Source: an uncultured bacterium
GTDB lineage: Bacteria > UBP14 > UBA6098
Assembly: GCA_964459995.1 (NCBI GenBank)
Contig: CAYWOR010000001.1
Coordinates: 145,328-209,327 of the forward strand
DNA length: 64,000 nt
Reading direction: 5' to 3'
In this document: positions 1-10,500 of the stretch, piece by piece
Numbering within the stretch: position 1 is the stretch's first letter
How the letters are laid out: each line of letters begins with the position of its first letter
Made by a program: the position numbers and the translations under genes
The notes under the pieces: generated by a model
Databases searched by the model: none
What the model saw: the letters and a program-made list of their open reading frames with translations, nothing else
Told to the model about the DNA's origin: nothing

Positions 1-3000
1 CCGGCGGTGTCGGTGGTTCTGGTATTAACTGGCGCGATTTCGAGATCACCTTCGCCATCGAGCACTGCGATCTCACTTGGGACACCATCCGCGTCAATCA
101 GAACGATCTCAACCGCGGTATCTATGTTGACGAAGAGAACAACGGCTACAACGCCAGGATGTGGATCAATTTCGAGGAATTGGTTCTTTGGCATCCCAGC
201 TGGGCCGGCTTGGTTCCCTTCCGTTCGGGCGATTTCGTCTATGTCCTCCTTACGAGGCTTCTCGACGACCCGGACTACGGTCAGCATTGGGGCGTTGATG
301 AGTGCATGCTCGGCGATTGGACGACAACCCCGCCATACTGGAATCAGATTTACTGGGTTATCGATACGATACCTTCTTATTCCGGCACTTGGGGCATCGC
401 GAACGGTGCCGATGGTAACTACGGAACCCGCAACACTCAGGACAACCATATTCCTGTGATGTGGGAAGTCGTCGGCGTGTGTCCTTACTACACGGAATAC
501 GCGTTCGACACTCTCGGTATCCTCCGTATCGACCTCGAAGGCCCGACCGCTCCGGATACTTTCTACTATCCGCCTCATCAGTGGGTTACTTCCGATAGCT
601 TCCAGATCATTACGTTGAACATCTACGACCAGATCGGTTGTTCGAACTACGATCTCGACGTTCAGGATCTTCTTCGTAACCGCGTTTCCGGCGTTTACTC
701 CGCTAGTGTCGATCAGGAAGCCCGCATCTGCGTTAACCTCAAGGTTCGCGGTTGCGACGGTAGCTGGCATCCCTACTATCACAGCGGCGCGGGATCAATT
801 CCCGACGGTCGTAACTTCTGCGTTGGCGAGCCCGATGCTGTCGGTCTCAACCTGACCAAGAAGTATAACGAGTGGGGCGTCAGAGTAACCTGGGATCCGT
901 ATCGCACGAATACCGATCAGGCGCACTTCCGCCCGGGCGACAAGGTCTGCGTTACCGTTTACGCTTGGGATAATGCTATCACCGACTGTCAGTACGAGCC
1001 CGGCACCGCCGGTCCGGTCAGCGGTTGGGATGATGACAATGATCCTTGGACCTCGCACCGCGATTCTGTCAACTACTCGATTTACTGCTCCGACGGTTCT
1101 CTCGCCCACTTCGTGGACGCCACCGTTCCGAGCCGTAACAGCGGTTATGACAGACTCGACCCGGATTATCTCTACTACGAAGTTTCGCATATCGCCCGTT
1201 GGACTTTCTTCGTTGATTGCCATGCGCCCATCTTCACTGGCGCCGATATGTCGCAGGTTTGTAACGATACCATGTATCTCTACTTCCGCGATGTGTCCGC
1301 CAATGTTCATGGAATGTATTGCGACAACTGGATCGCCAACATCGGCGTTCAGCACACCGAGCTAGTAGAAGGTGCCGACCTGCTTCTCATCTTCACGGAT
1401 ACGATGACCACCCCCGGCGTTACCTACGTCGATACGATCATCTTCCAGAATATGAAGCTCAGCGGCGGCGCTTATCCGCTGAACATTCACGTCGCTTATC
1501 ACGACATTCCGGGCAGAGAGTATCAGTATTACTATGCTGAACTCATCAAAGATCCGGCTGACGATCGCGGCGCTTATGTCCAGCTCTATGGCGACGGTTC
1601 CGAGGCGACCTGCCACTTCTTCCAGCCCTACGACCAAATTCGTTGGGAGCTTTATGCCGGCGACAGCCCGGATGTTCCTTGGTATCCCGCGACTCAGCGC
1701 ACCGTCTCTGGCGGACGCACCTATCGTTGGCACCATGGATTCGATTCCTGGAGCAACCCCGGCACATGGTTCATGAGCTGGCGCTATGGCAGGCATGACT
1801 ACACCGGTATTAATGTCGATACCCTCGACGGCCCGACCTTCTGGGAAGACACCTTCTATAACAACTTTGAGAACCCGAATTGGGCGCTTATCAAGGTTGA
1901 TAGTCTCCAGATCTTCTCTGAGACTTGGTTGTCCAAGGTTGGCTGGTTCAACGATGAGGCTTATCATGCGTTCATGTATCCGCCTCACGTTTACAACTAC
2001 CCGCCGGATCTCAAGGGTGACTACACCAATATCTGGCACGCTTGGATGGGCCGCTACCGCAACACCACCCCGGGTGGAATGACCCCGGTTCTGTTGTGGG
2101 AAGAAGGAAGCCCGAGCCGTATCTCTCCGATGCAGAGCCGCGACCCGTATGTCAACTTCTGGGTTAACGACCTTAACTTCATCGTCGCTGACATCTACAC
2201 CTGCACCGACTCGATCATTTGGGAATGCCTCGTCGGAACACATCCGGACGAAGACACTCTTCCGTTCCGCGTTCCTCGCGTAACGATTGATCTTTACAAT
2301 GCCGGACGTTCGCATGTGTGGACTATCGACGAATTCTACGATTGCCACTGCACGCCTTGCTTCATCAGCTACTATCCTTCGCGCACCGCTTGTGTCGATT
2401 GGGGTAGAATGCATGTCGGTCCGATCGATCAGACCGAACAGTGGCTCTACACGATTCGTAGAATCGATACTCTCGAAACTGACCCCGTCCTCGTTACCGA
2501 TACTATCGTCGGATGGCAGCATCTCGATAGCATTTCGGTCAGGTTGGAGTTCAATGTTCGCGAGCCGAACTACTTCACCGATGCCACCCATTTCACGAAG
2601 TATGTTTTCCGTTGGGATTATGTAGTCGATATGCAGCCGCCGACCGCGATATTCCGCGACCCGGCCGCTACCACCGGCTACGACGAGGTCAACTGTAACC
2701 TCATTCACGACTCGAACCATACTCTCAGGCTGAGACTCGAAAGCATCGTCGACGCTCATGTCGGTTGTGCTCCGGGCACTCTTATGGCCGATGGTTGGTC
2801 TTCCAAGTGGCCGATTCCCGCCGTTGCTCCGTCTTCCGATTGGGTCAAGTTCAAGTATGAAACGACTCCTCCGGTTGCCGCGAACATGGTTTGGAATCCT
2901 GCTACCCACTATCTCTGGTCGAATGAGTCCTTCGTCATCACCAACTGCGCTCTCGAGCTTAATGTTGCTGATACGATGACCATCGGAACCCCGGGTATCC

Positions 3001-6000
3001 AGATTTACCACGGCCTCAATCGCAGTGGCCCCGGATTCCCAGTTCCGTTGCAGACCACTCTCACGAGAGACACGATCTTCGTCGCCGATAGCGTTTTTGC
3101 CGAAGCTATCATTCAGGACCGTTTGGGCAACTGGACTCTCAAGACCAGCCGCAAAATGGCTCTGGACAATGGTCTTCCCGAGGTTAAGGGCTTCGCGCTC
3201 GCTACTCTCGGAATCGATACCGTCGGTTACGACTCTCTCGGAACCCCGATTCTCGGCGATGTGTACATGAACGATTGGGACGGCGCAGTCTTCAAACTGC
3301 CTTGGCTTGTTCCTGATCAGGACAGTCTCGTCGGAATCTACAACTTCGCTCCGGTTTGCACCGTTTATGTGAGGTTGTGGTTCAACGATAATATGGACAT
3401 GCGTGAAGCCGATCACCTTTACGGCCACATCGTTAGGTTCAAGCCGCACGGATGGACCCACTGGTTCCCCGTTCTTCCGCTTGAAACCGTCGGCGGTGGC
3501 CCCACCGGTCTTCGTTTCCCGCTTGCTCAGCAGTATGTCGATTACAAGAATATCGCTGGTGTTATGCCGAGTGCACGCCCGGATGCTTCCAGTGAAACTG
3601 ACCTTTCGCCCGTTATCCCCGGTGATGTCGAGGCTCTCGATGCCGGTTGGAACAGCGACCGCGAATGGGTTGGCTACATGGTTATCGCCGGCGGCGGCGC
3701 CATGGACGGTATCGGAACTCTCCGTGTTCAGGGATTCGATGACAACGCTGGAAACTATATGCTTCCGATCGAATACCCGCTTCGTATAGTAACCGGCGAA
3801 CCGAGATTCAAGATGGTTTACTGGCCGAGAATCGACACTCTGAATAATGCTCATGTCGATCCTTGGAGCGGTTTGCCGGATGACGTTCTCGTTCTCTCCG
3901 GTTGGAGCACTTCGGATCCGGTCCTCGGCGACTCGACCCGTTGCACCTTCTATCAGGATAACGATAGAATGAATCCGATCACCGCTTATTGGGACAACTA
4001 CCTTGCGGAGACCGATTCGGTTCGTTTCAGAGTATTCTGGCACGACACCGCTTGGGTTCCCGGCGCTCCTCTCACCGGTCATACTTTCCACTGGTCTGAG
4101 GACGATATGTGGTCGAGCAACATCTCTGTTTACAGAGACACAGCTTGGGTAGTTATGCCCGTTAGCGAACTCGATCTCTTGCACGAGTATTACACAACTC
4201 TTGGCGGCGCTCCTGTTGCCTACTCGAACAACGAGCTTTATGCAACAATCGTGTTCGAGGCCTTCAGCAGGTTCCGTCCGAGCAACCCCTACATCGCCGA
4301 TACGCTACTCAACGTTCGTATCGACAACCGTAGGCCGGATCCGCAGTTGACGACCCTCACCGGTGGTCAGATGATTCATGGTCAGCACACGATGCTTCCG
4401 TTCGGTTCGACCGATCTGAAGGTTTGCTGGCAGAATAATCAGGTCGAGCAGATCGATAAGATGTCCATCTGGCTCCATAGCCTCATAGATGGCGCTGATT
4501 ACATGCTCTTCCCGGCTGGCGGAACACCCGGACAGAGTTTCGGCGCTGTCGGAACATCTACTCCGCTTTACTACGATCCTGTCAATGGCGTTATCTGCCT
4601 CGACTACAGGAACCCGGCTGGTCTTCCGGCTGGTATGTGGACTCTGAGCTGGAAAGCCTTCGACGGTATTCAGGTCGTCGATACAGCGAGAGGTGGAACA
4701 ATACTGAGATACTGGCAGTATTACCACACCGATTGCGAATTCGACTTCTTCACCGACGATACGCTGACCATTCTTAGGCCTCCGTTCCTCGCTCGCGGCG
4801 ATAATCTCTACGACGCTCTAAGGAGTGTTGCGGACAATTATCCTGCAGTCATTGGCTCGGACGACATCTATCCGTGGTGGAATGTTGGTATGGAAGATAT
4901 CTGGCCGGATTGGCCGACCTTTGGTTGGATCGATACGGCGGCTATCAGAGCGGCTGGCCTGCCCGACCTCTGGAGAGTCGATGCTCTTCACAGAGTCCCG
5001 CAGATGGTTCCGGTTGTTCAGATTACCACCTATAATAACCCGGACTACAGCTCTGGTGTTCCGGATCCGCTCATGCATCCGTATGTCGAATCCGGCGGTT
5101 ACCCGGGCGACAGCCTCTACGTCCTGTTGGAAATGCTCGAGACCGATGTCAACGTTAGATACATCGACCTGAACATCAAGGATTACTGGGGTGGCAACAT
5201 CTCCGGTTCTAACCTCCAGATCAATGTCAGGCTCGATAGCACTCACGTTGTTCACTACGGCGATCGTTCCTTCTGGGTGTATAAGTGGACGGTCGATGAT
5301 CAGGACAACCGTTACGACGGTCTTGTTACGATCACCGCTTCCGAATACACTTACAGCCCGTCCACCAGCACGTGGAACTATTGGGATCACATTGCCTATG
5401 TCTTACTGGATACGGACGATCCGACCTACGAGGTTTCTATGATTAGAACCTCCGACTCTTCGGTTCCGAATATCGCCATCAACCCGATCGACTTCCCGGA
5501 TGAATCAAGAATCTGGGTGGTTAATGCGGACGAGTTCCTCATCAACCTCGATTGGGATCAGACGATATACGATCCGGCGGCTCCGGGTCACCCCGTCTCC
5601 TACCATAACTATGGCAGATACATCTACACTCGTCAGTGGGATCATTGGAGAATTTCCATCGACGGTGCTCCGAATTACGGCACCTACAGCGATGCGAACG
5701 ACCATCTCGAAGCCAGGCTCTGGGACAACGACCTCGATCCGTGGGACATTCATCATCCGTTCTGGCGTCAGCCGGACTACATGAATACCGCGATCACGCC
5801 GTCGTCTTACGATAACGCTTCGCCGATGTGGACCTTCAATGACAAGATCAGATTCTTTGCCGACAACGTCTATGCCTATGCTTGGGATGTTGCTGGAATA
5901 CCTGAAGGCCTCACGGCTCAGGGTGTTGCCTACATCCTCGGTAAGTCTCGCGACGCCGCCGGTAACGTCCTCGACTACGAAGAGGCGAGGATCAGCAAAT

Positions 6001-7445
6001 CGAAGGGCAAGATTGCTCTTATCGACATCGAACGCCCGACCATCGACACCGATCTCGTTATCGCCACCGGCGACAACCTGACCGCCTATGTCGGTGCTAT
6101 CTGGGACAACTTCATTGGCGACAACTTCACCAACGAGCTGGGTGACGGCTACGTTTACGTGATGGTTACCATCGAAGACACGATCCTCGTGGGTCCCTAC
6201 TGGGTGGATCCGAGCGGAGCTATTGCTACCTCCGGTTGGGGCGCTTACGGCCCGACTCCGGGTGACTTCATTGACCTCTGTGTCTATGACCTCGCAGGCA
6301 ACTATGTTTGCGTCGAAGTCGAAGTCGTTCCCGAAGTTCATTGCTGCACCTACAGTCTTTGCACCGATTGGAACCTCATCTCCATCAGCGTCAACCCCGA
6401 AACGCTTACTACGGCTGTCTTCGGTGGCGCTCCGGTTTACAAACTGGTCGGAGGCACCTATGTGCCCTACACCGGTATTCTTGAGCCGGGTGCTGGCTAT
6501 GCGGTTTACCCGCCGAGTGCAATGGAAGTTACTATCTGCGGCGCTCCTGTGACGTCTTTCGACGTTACCCTCAGTGCCGGTTGGAACCTGATTGGCGCTA
6601 CGTGGATGGATGTTCCGTTCACCGCTCCGGAGACCACTCCGGCTGGCGCGATCGACCCGACCGAAACTCGTTGGTATGAGTGCGGAGTTAACTATCACTA
6701 CACTAACGTTCTCGAACACTGCAGAGGCCACCTGGTCATGGTTACCAACCCGGCCGGTTGTGAGCTGAGTGTTCCGGGATCCCGTGGCGGCAAGGTCGTT
6801 TACACCGTCAAAGACGGTCAGTTCGACCCGCTGTTCACCGGCAAATTGGTTAGTGATAACCGCACCCTGACCTTCGGCGTTGCCGACATCGCCACCGCCA
6901 ACTTCGACCGCGGCATCGATCGCTACGCGATTCCGGCGCACGTTGGTCAGAGCGAGCTCGTTCTCGACGGCGGCATGGATGTCGATTACCGCACAACCGA
7001 TAGCAGGATCGAGTGGACCGTTAAGGCCACCGGTAACTACACTGCGACCTTCGAGAAGGAAGGCGACTGGGTCGTCTCTCTCGACGGAGTCCAGCTCGTT
7101 GACGGCGATGTCGTCACGATCACTTCGGGTTCGCACAAGCTGGTTGCCGACCGTGTCTCGGTTCCCGCGAACTTCGCTCTCGGTCAGAACCTTCCGAACC
7201 CGTTCAACGCAGTAACGGCGATCAAGTATGAGCTCCCGACGGACGCTACTGTAACCCTCGAGGTTTACACCGTCCTCGGTCAGAAAGTCGCTACGCTGGT
7301 TAACGGCGATCAGGAAGCCGGTTATCGCACCGTCGTTTGGGACGGAAACGATGACGAGGGTAGAGCTGTTCCGAGCGGAATCTATTTCTACAAGATTTCC
7401 GCCGGCGACTTCTCGGCGACTCGCAAGATGACCCTGATGAAGTAA
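1..7445 (+). CDS. Giant T9SS cargo protein, Trp/Tyr/Asp-rich, unknown function; 5' end lies outside the window (more than 2,450 aa in window)
   Basis: Frame 3 is open from nt 3, so the listed M at 159 is internal and there is no signal peptide at this N-terminus. The C-terminus carries a canonical type-A T9SS sorting domain (LGQNLPNPFNAVTAIKYELP...GIYFYKISAGDFSATRKMTLMK), then a stop and a stem-loop. No recognisable catalytic motifs. The long antisense ORFs (1362..4184, 5505..7460) are treated as shadows. Confidence 0.85.
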   Translation, partial: GGVGGSGINWRDFEITFAIEHCDLTWDTIRVNQNDLNRGIYVDEENNGYNARMWINFEELVLWHPSWAGLVPFRSGDFVYVLLTRLLDDPDYGQHWGVDECMLGDWTTTPPYWNQIYWVIDTIPSYSGTWGIANGADGNYGTRNTQDNHIPVMWEVVGVCPYYTEYAFDTLGILRIDLEGPTAPDTFYYPPHQWVTSDSFQIITLNIYDQIGCSNYDLDVQDLLRNRVSGVYSASVDQEARICVNLKVRGCDGSWHPYYHSGAGSIPDGRNFCVGEPDAVGLNLTKKYNEWGVRVTWDPYRTNTDQAHFRPGDKVCVTVYAWDNAITDCQYEPGTAGPVSGWDDDNDPWTSHRDSVNYSIYCSDGSLAHFVDATVPSRNSGYDRLDPDYLYYEVSHIARWTFFVDCHAPIFTGADMSQVCNDTMYLYFRDVSANVHGMYCDNWIANIGVQHTELVEGADLLLIFTDTMTTPGVTYVDTIIFQNMKLSGGAYPLNIHVAYHDIPGREYQYYYAELIKDPADDRGAYVQLYGDGSEATCHFFQPYDQIRWELYAGDSPDVPWYPATQRTVSGGRTYRWHHGFDSWSNPGTWFMSWRYGRHDYTGINVDTLDGPTFWEDTFYNNFENPNWALIKVDSLQIFSETWLSKVGWFNDEAYHAFMYPPHVYNYPPDLKGDYTNIWHAWMGRYRNTTPGGMTPVLLWEEGSPSRISPMQSRDPYVNFWVNDLNFIVADIYTCTDSIIWECLVGTHPDEDTLPFRVPRVTIDLYNAGRSHVWTIDEFYDCHCTPCFISYYPSRTACVDWGRMHVGPIDQTEQWLYTIRRIDTLETDPVLVTDTIVGWQHLDSISVRLEFNVREPNYFTDATHFTKYVFRWDYVVDMQPPTAIFRDPAATTGYDEVNCNLIHDSNHTLRLRLESIVDAHVGCAPGTLMADGWSSKWPIPAVAPSSDWVKFKYETTPPVAANMVWNPATHYLWSNESFVITNCALELNVADTMTIGTPGIQIYHGLNRSGPGFPVPLQTTLTRDTIFVADSVFAEAIIQDRLGNWTLKTSRKMALDNGLPEVKGFALATLGIDTVGYDSLGTPILGDVYMNDWDGAVFKLPWLVPDQDSLVGIYNFAPVCTVYVRLWFNDNMDMREADHLYGHIVRFKPHGWTHWFPVLPLETVGGGPTGLRFPLAQQYVDYKNIAGVMPSARPDASSETDLSPVIPGDVEALDAGWNSDREWVGYMVIAGGGAMDGIGTLRVQGFDDNAGNYMLPIEYPLRIVTGEPRFKMVYWPRIDTLNNAHVDPWSGLPDDVLVLSGWSTSDPVLGDSTRCTFYQDNDRMNPITAYWDNYLAETDSVRFRVFWHDTAWVPGAPLTGHTFHWSEDDMWSSNISVYRDTAWVVMPVSELDLLHEYYTTLGGAPVAYSNNELYATIVFEAFSRFRPSNPYIADTLLNVRIDNRRPDPQLTTLTGGQMIHGQHTMLPFGSTDLKVCWQNNQVEQIDKMSIWLHSLIDGADYMLFPAGGTPGQSFGAVGTSTPLYYDPVNGVICLDYRNPAGLPAGMWTLSWKAFDGIQVVDTARGGTILRYWQYYHTDCEFDFFTDDTLTILRPPFLARGDNLYDALRSVADNYPAVIGSDDIYPWWNVGMEDIWPDWPTFGWIDTAAIRAAGLPDLWRVDALHRVPQMVPVVQITTYNNPDYSSGVPDPLMHPYVESGGYPGDSLYVLLEMLETDVNVRYIDLNIKDYWGGNISGSNLQINVRLDSTHVVHYGDRSFWVYKWTVDDQDNRYDGLVTITASEYTYSPSTSTWNYWDHIAYVLLDTDDPTYEVSMIRTSDSSVPNIAINPIDFPDESRIWVVNADEFLINLDWDQTIYDPAAPGHPVSYHNYGRYIYTRQWDHWRISIDGAPNYGTYSDANDHLEARLWDNDLDPWDIHHPFWRQPDYMNTAITPSSYDNASPMWTFNDKIRFFADNVYAYAWDVAGIPEGLTAQGVAYILGKSRDAAGNVLDYEEARISKSKGKIALIDIERPTIDTDLVIATGDNLTAYVGAIWDNFIGDNFTNELGDGYVYVMVTIEDTILVGPYWVDPSGAIATSGWGAYGPTPGDFIDLCVYDLAGNYVCVEVEVVPEVHCCTYSLCTDWNLISISVNPETLTTAVFGGAPVYKLVGGTYVPYTGILEPGAGYAVYPPSAMEVTICGAPVTSFDVTLSAGWNLIGATWMDVPFTAPETTPAGAIDPTETRWYECGVNYHYTNVLEHCRGHLVMVTNPAGCELSVPGSRGGKVVYTVKDGQFDPLFTGKLVSDNRTLTFGVADIATANFDRGIDRYAIPAHVGQSELVLDGGMDVDYRTTDSRIEWTVKATGNYTATFEKEGDWVVSLDGVQLVDGDVVTITSGSHKLVADRVSVPANFALGQNLPNPFNAVTAIKYELPTDATVTLEVYTVLGQKVATLVNGDQEAGYRTVVWDGNDDEGRAVPSGIYFYKISAGDFSATRKMTLMK

Positions 7446-7463
7446 ACAGCCCAACTTCACAAG

Positions 7464-7490
7464 GCGGCGGGGCTACAAAGCCCCGCCGCC
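7464..7490 (+). terminator. GC-rich stem-loop (GGCGGCGGGGCT-acaa-AGCCCCGCCGCC) directly after the giant gene; no U-tract
   Basis: Perfect 12-bp inverted repeat 19 nt after the stop codon. It lacks the T-run of a classical intrinsic terminator. Confidence 0.45.
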
Positions 7491-7597
7491 GAATATAAAG
7501 CACCTTCCTTTTGGGGATGTTTGATTTTTTTAGGAATACATATTTTGAAACTCTATCGTTTATCTGAAACTTATTTTCAAAGAAAGGGGTAAGCCAT

Positions 7598-10500
7598 ATG
7601 TCCAGAGGCAAAATTACCTTAGTAGTAGCTCTTGCGCTTGCAAGTATGGTTCTTGCACAGAGTTGGAGTTTTACTTTTCAGGTCGAGCCCGTTCCGGGGC
7701 AGACACACGACCTTGAAATAGCGATGACTGCGGGAGCAACCGCAGGATATGACGCGTTCTTAGACGTCCCTTATTTTACGCCCCCCGATGGAAGGGGTGT
7801 TTTCTTCCCTCTTAACGATCCATTAAATCCCGCTTATACCAAACTCCAGAAGGATGTCCGCGGTATCGCACTCGGATCATATACCTATTGGATCGCAATG
7901 GACGAGGGATATTGGGGTCTCGATGACCGTATGGTTCGTTGGGATATCGACAATCTTCCCGATCCTGATATCTCCGGCAATCTTTGGATTGCTCCTATAG
8001 TTTATGGGACTGACCCTGCGACTCTCGATGAAGCTCTTTGGATTCCCATGAATACGGTCGAAGAATTCGGTTTCGGACCCACTCAGGAAGCCGCATTCAG
8101 GTTTATGCCTTCTGCAATGGTTGATACCATTGCTCCTTATGTTACCGGTTTCGATCCGGTTCCGGGAGAGGCTGGCGTATCCACAGCTAAGAATGTAAGA
8201 TTCGATGTCAAAGACGCCAACAGAGGCGTTGACCCCGCCACAATCGATGTTTGGGTTACCGTTGGCGGCGGAACTCCGGCTCATCTCGGACCTTCCGACA
8301 TGATTCTCGATCCCATCGTTGGCGGATATCGTGTAACGATTCCCCCGGTTGGCGGTGCTTGGCCTGAATCCACGATTATTAACTACACAGTTAATGCCTG
8401 CGATTTGGCGAGTCCTGCTAATTGCATGGATGTCGATACCTCAGTATCGTTCTTCACCCGTGTGATTCCGCCGGACATGTTCCCGCCCTATTTCGAAACC
8501 GCCTATCCGGCCAATGGTGCTACCGATGTCGATGTTACTTCCTGCGTAAGAATCGTCATTAAAGATTCTGAGAGCGGTGTCGATAGTAGCACAATAATCT
8601 TCCAGCTCAATGGAACAGCGATCCCGCATTCCGACCTTAACATCACTGAGCTTGGAGTCGGTTCGGATTGGTATCGCGTCGAATATTGCCCAACTTCCGA
8701 CCTCAACTATGGCGCTATCTATAATGTTAATGTTTACGCCGAGGATTTCTGGGGCAACGATGCTTCGATTACTTGGTCTTTCGTTACTGAAGAGGCGGAT
8801 TCGCTTCCCGAATTCGTTTATAATCTTCAAGCAATTTCGATTAGTGGAACCGATACCGCGAGAACCAATCTCTACATCGGCCTCGATAATCTTGGAACAG
8901 ACGGCTACGACGTCGGTCTCGATGTCCCGCAGTTCTTGTTCCCGGGTGCGCCGAGAGGTTATTTCCCGCTCATGGATCCGAGCCATCCCAGCGTTCCGGC
9001 CCTTTCGAGGGACATTCGCTCGACTTCCCATGGAATCAAAACATGGACAGTCGATATGTATAGCCCTGTTGGAACTTTGAAACTTACATGGGATAGACTC
9101 CTTCTTCCGCCGATCGGCATGTTCAGCTTCGCTGTTGTCGATAGCGGTTCCACACCGAGCGCTTGGACCTCGATGTCCACCTATGGTGAGGTAAGCTTTA
9201 CCTCCTCCCAGCAGGTTCTCATTCGCTTCCTCCCGACCTTGGTCGATCCTAATCCTCCTGTCGTAACAAATGTTTCGATGGAAGGATCCGGCCCGGGCGG
9301 AGTTGGCTATGATCCAGCAACACCGCTTTGCTTCAGCGTTGTGGATTATGAGTCCGGCGTCGATATAAGCTCTGTGGCAATTTCTATCGATTATGTCGAT
9401 ATCGACCTTGCGGAATTCGCGACCACTCCTCTGTCGAATGGTTACCGTTTCTGCTATACCCCGTCTCCGATGTGGTCGCCGAACACGACCTACAGAGTCG
9501 AGGTTCAGGCCGCGGACAATGCCATTCCGGCTAACGAAATCGACCCGCCCTATGTTTGGAACTTCTCGACCGGCCCGGCTGGTTGCGCTCCGTTGTTCGA
9601 GCTTCCCCTTACTTTCACATGGGGTGCTGGCGCGGATGAAAACGAGACGATCATTTTCGGAACCCACGAGGGTGCTTCCCCGGGTTATGATGCCGGTCTG
9701 GATCAGATTCAGCCTCCGCCCATCACCGCCGCCGGCTTCTTCTTCACTTGCGGCGATGCGGCTCCGGCAGACAAACTGATCAAGGACCTTCGCAATCCAT
9801 GCGACCGTCCGAACATCTGGCAGGCTTCCAAGAGAAATCTGCTTACCTCGCCGAATGTTACTGTTACATGGCCGACTTCTCCGGTTTTCGCGGATACTTC
9901 GTGGCATATCTACTACAAAGTTCTCGGATTGGGTGTTACCCCGCCGACCGCTGTTGACAGCACTTGGACCCGCATGAATGTTGGCGATGAAATCGTTTAC
10001 AATGCCAACTCGAATTATCTCTATGTCGGTCTCGGCTATATCGGAACCACAATCGAAGTCTTCAATATCGAAGGCGATGTTGCGATTGCCGGCGCTCCCG
10101 ATAACAGCGGAATCCGTGTTTACCTCAACGGCGGCACTTTCCGCACGACCAATGCGGCTGGCGAATACTCCTTCGCGAACATCCCGCTTGGAACTTATAA
10201 CTTAACATTCTGGGACCCGGCTGGCGAATACTGCGCGCATCCTGATATGGATTCGATCGTTGTGGTTACCGGCACTGTTCCCGATGCCACTATCGATGTT
10301 CCTACCTATCATATGCTCCCCTGCGGAAGCAGAAGAGTTTATGGTGTCGGTTCGGTTGCTGGAACGCCTACTCAGTGGATCAACGTGAAACTCACGAATC
10401 TCGGCGATCTTTCCGAATCCACAATTCCGACCAACGCTTCGGGAGCTTACCAGTTCCTCGGCGTTGTTCCGGGTGATTACATGCTGACCGCTTCCTATTC

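Noticed and set aside
1362-4184. 940-aa ORF on the minus strand, together with 5505..7460, 8441..9907 and 10805..12343 antisense to the giant plus-strand genes
   Set aside because: They lack RBSs, signal peptides and any motif, and are fully embedded antisense to genes with strong evidence (signal peptide, T9SS CTD, terminators). They are most simply composition-driven shadow ORFs.
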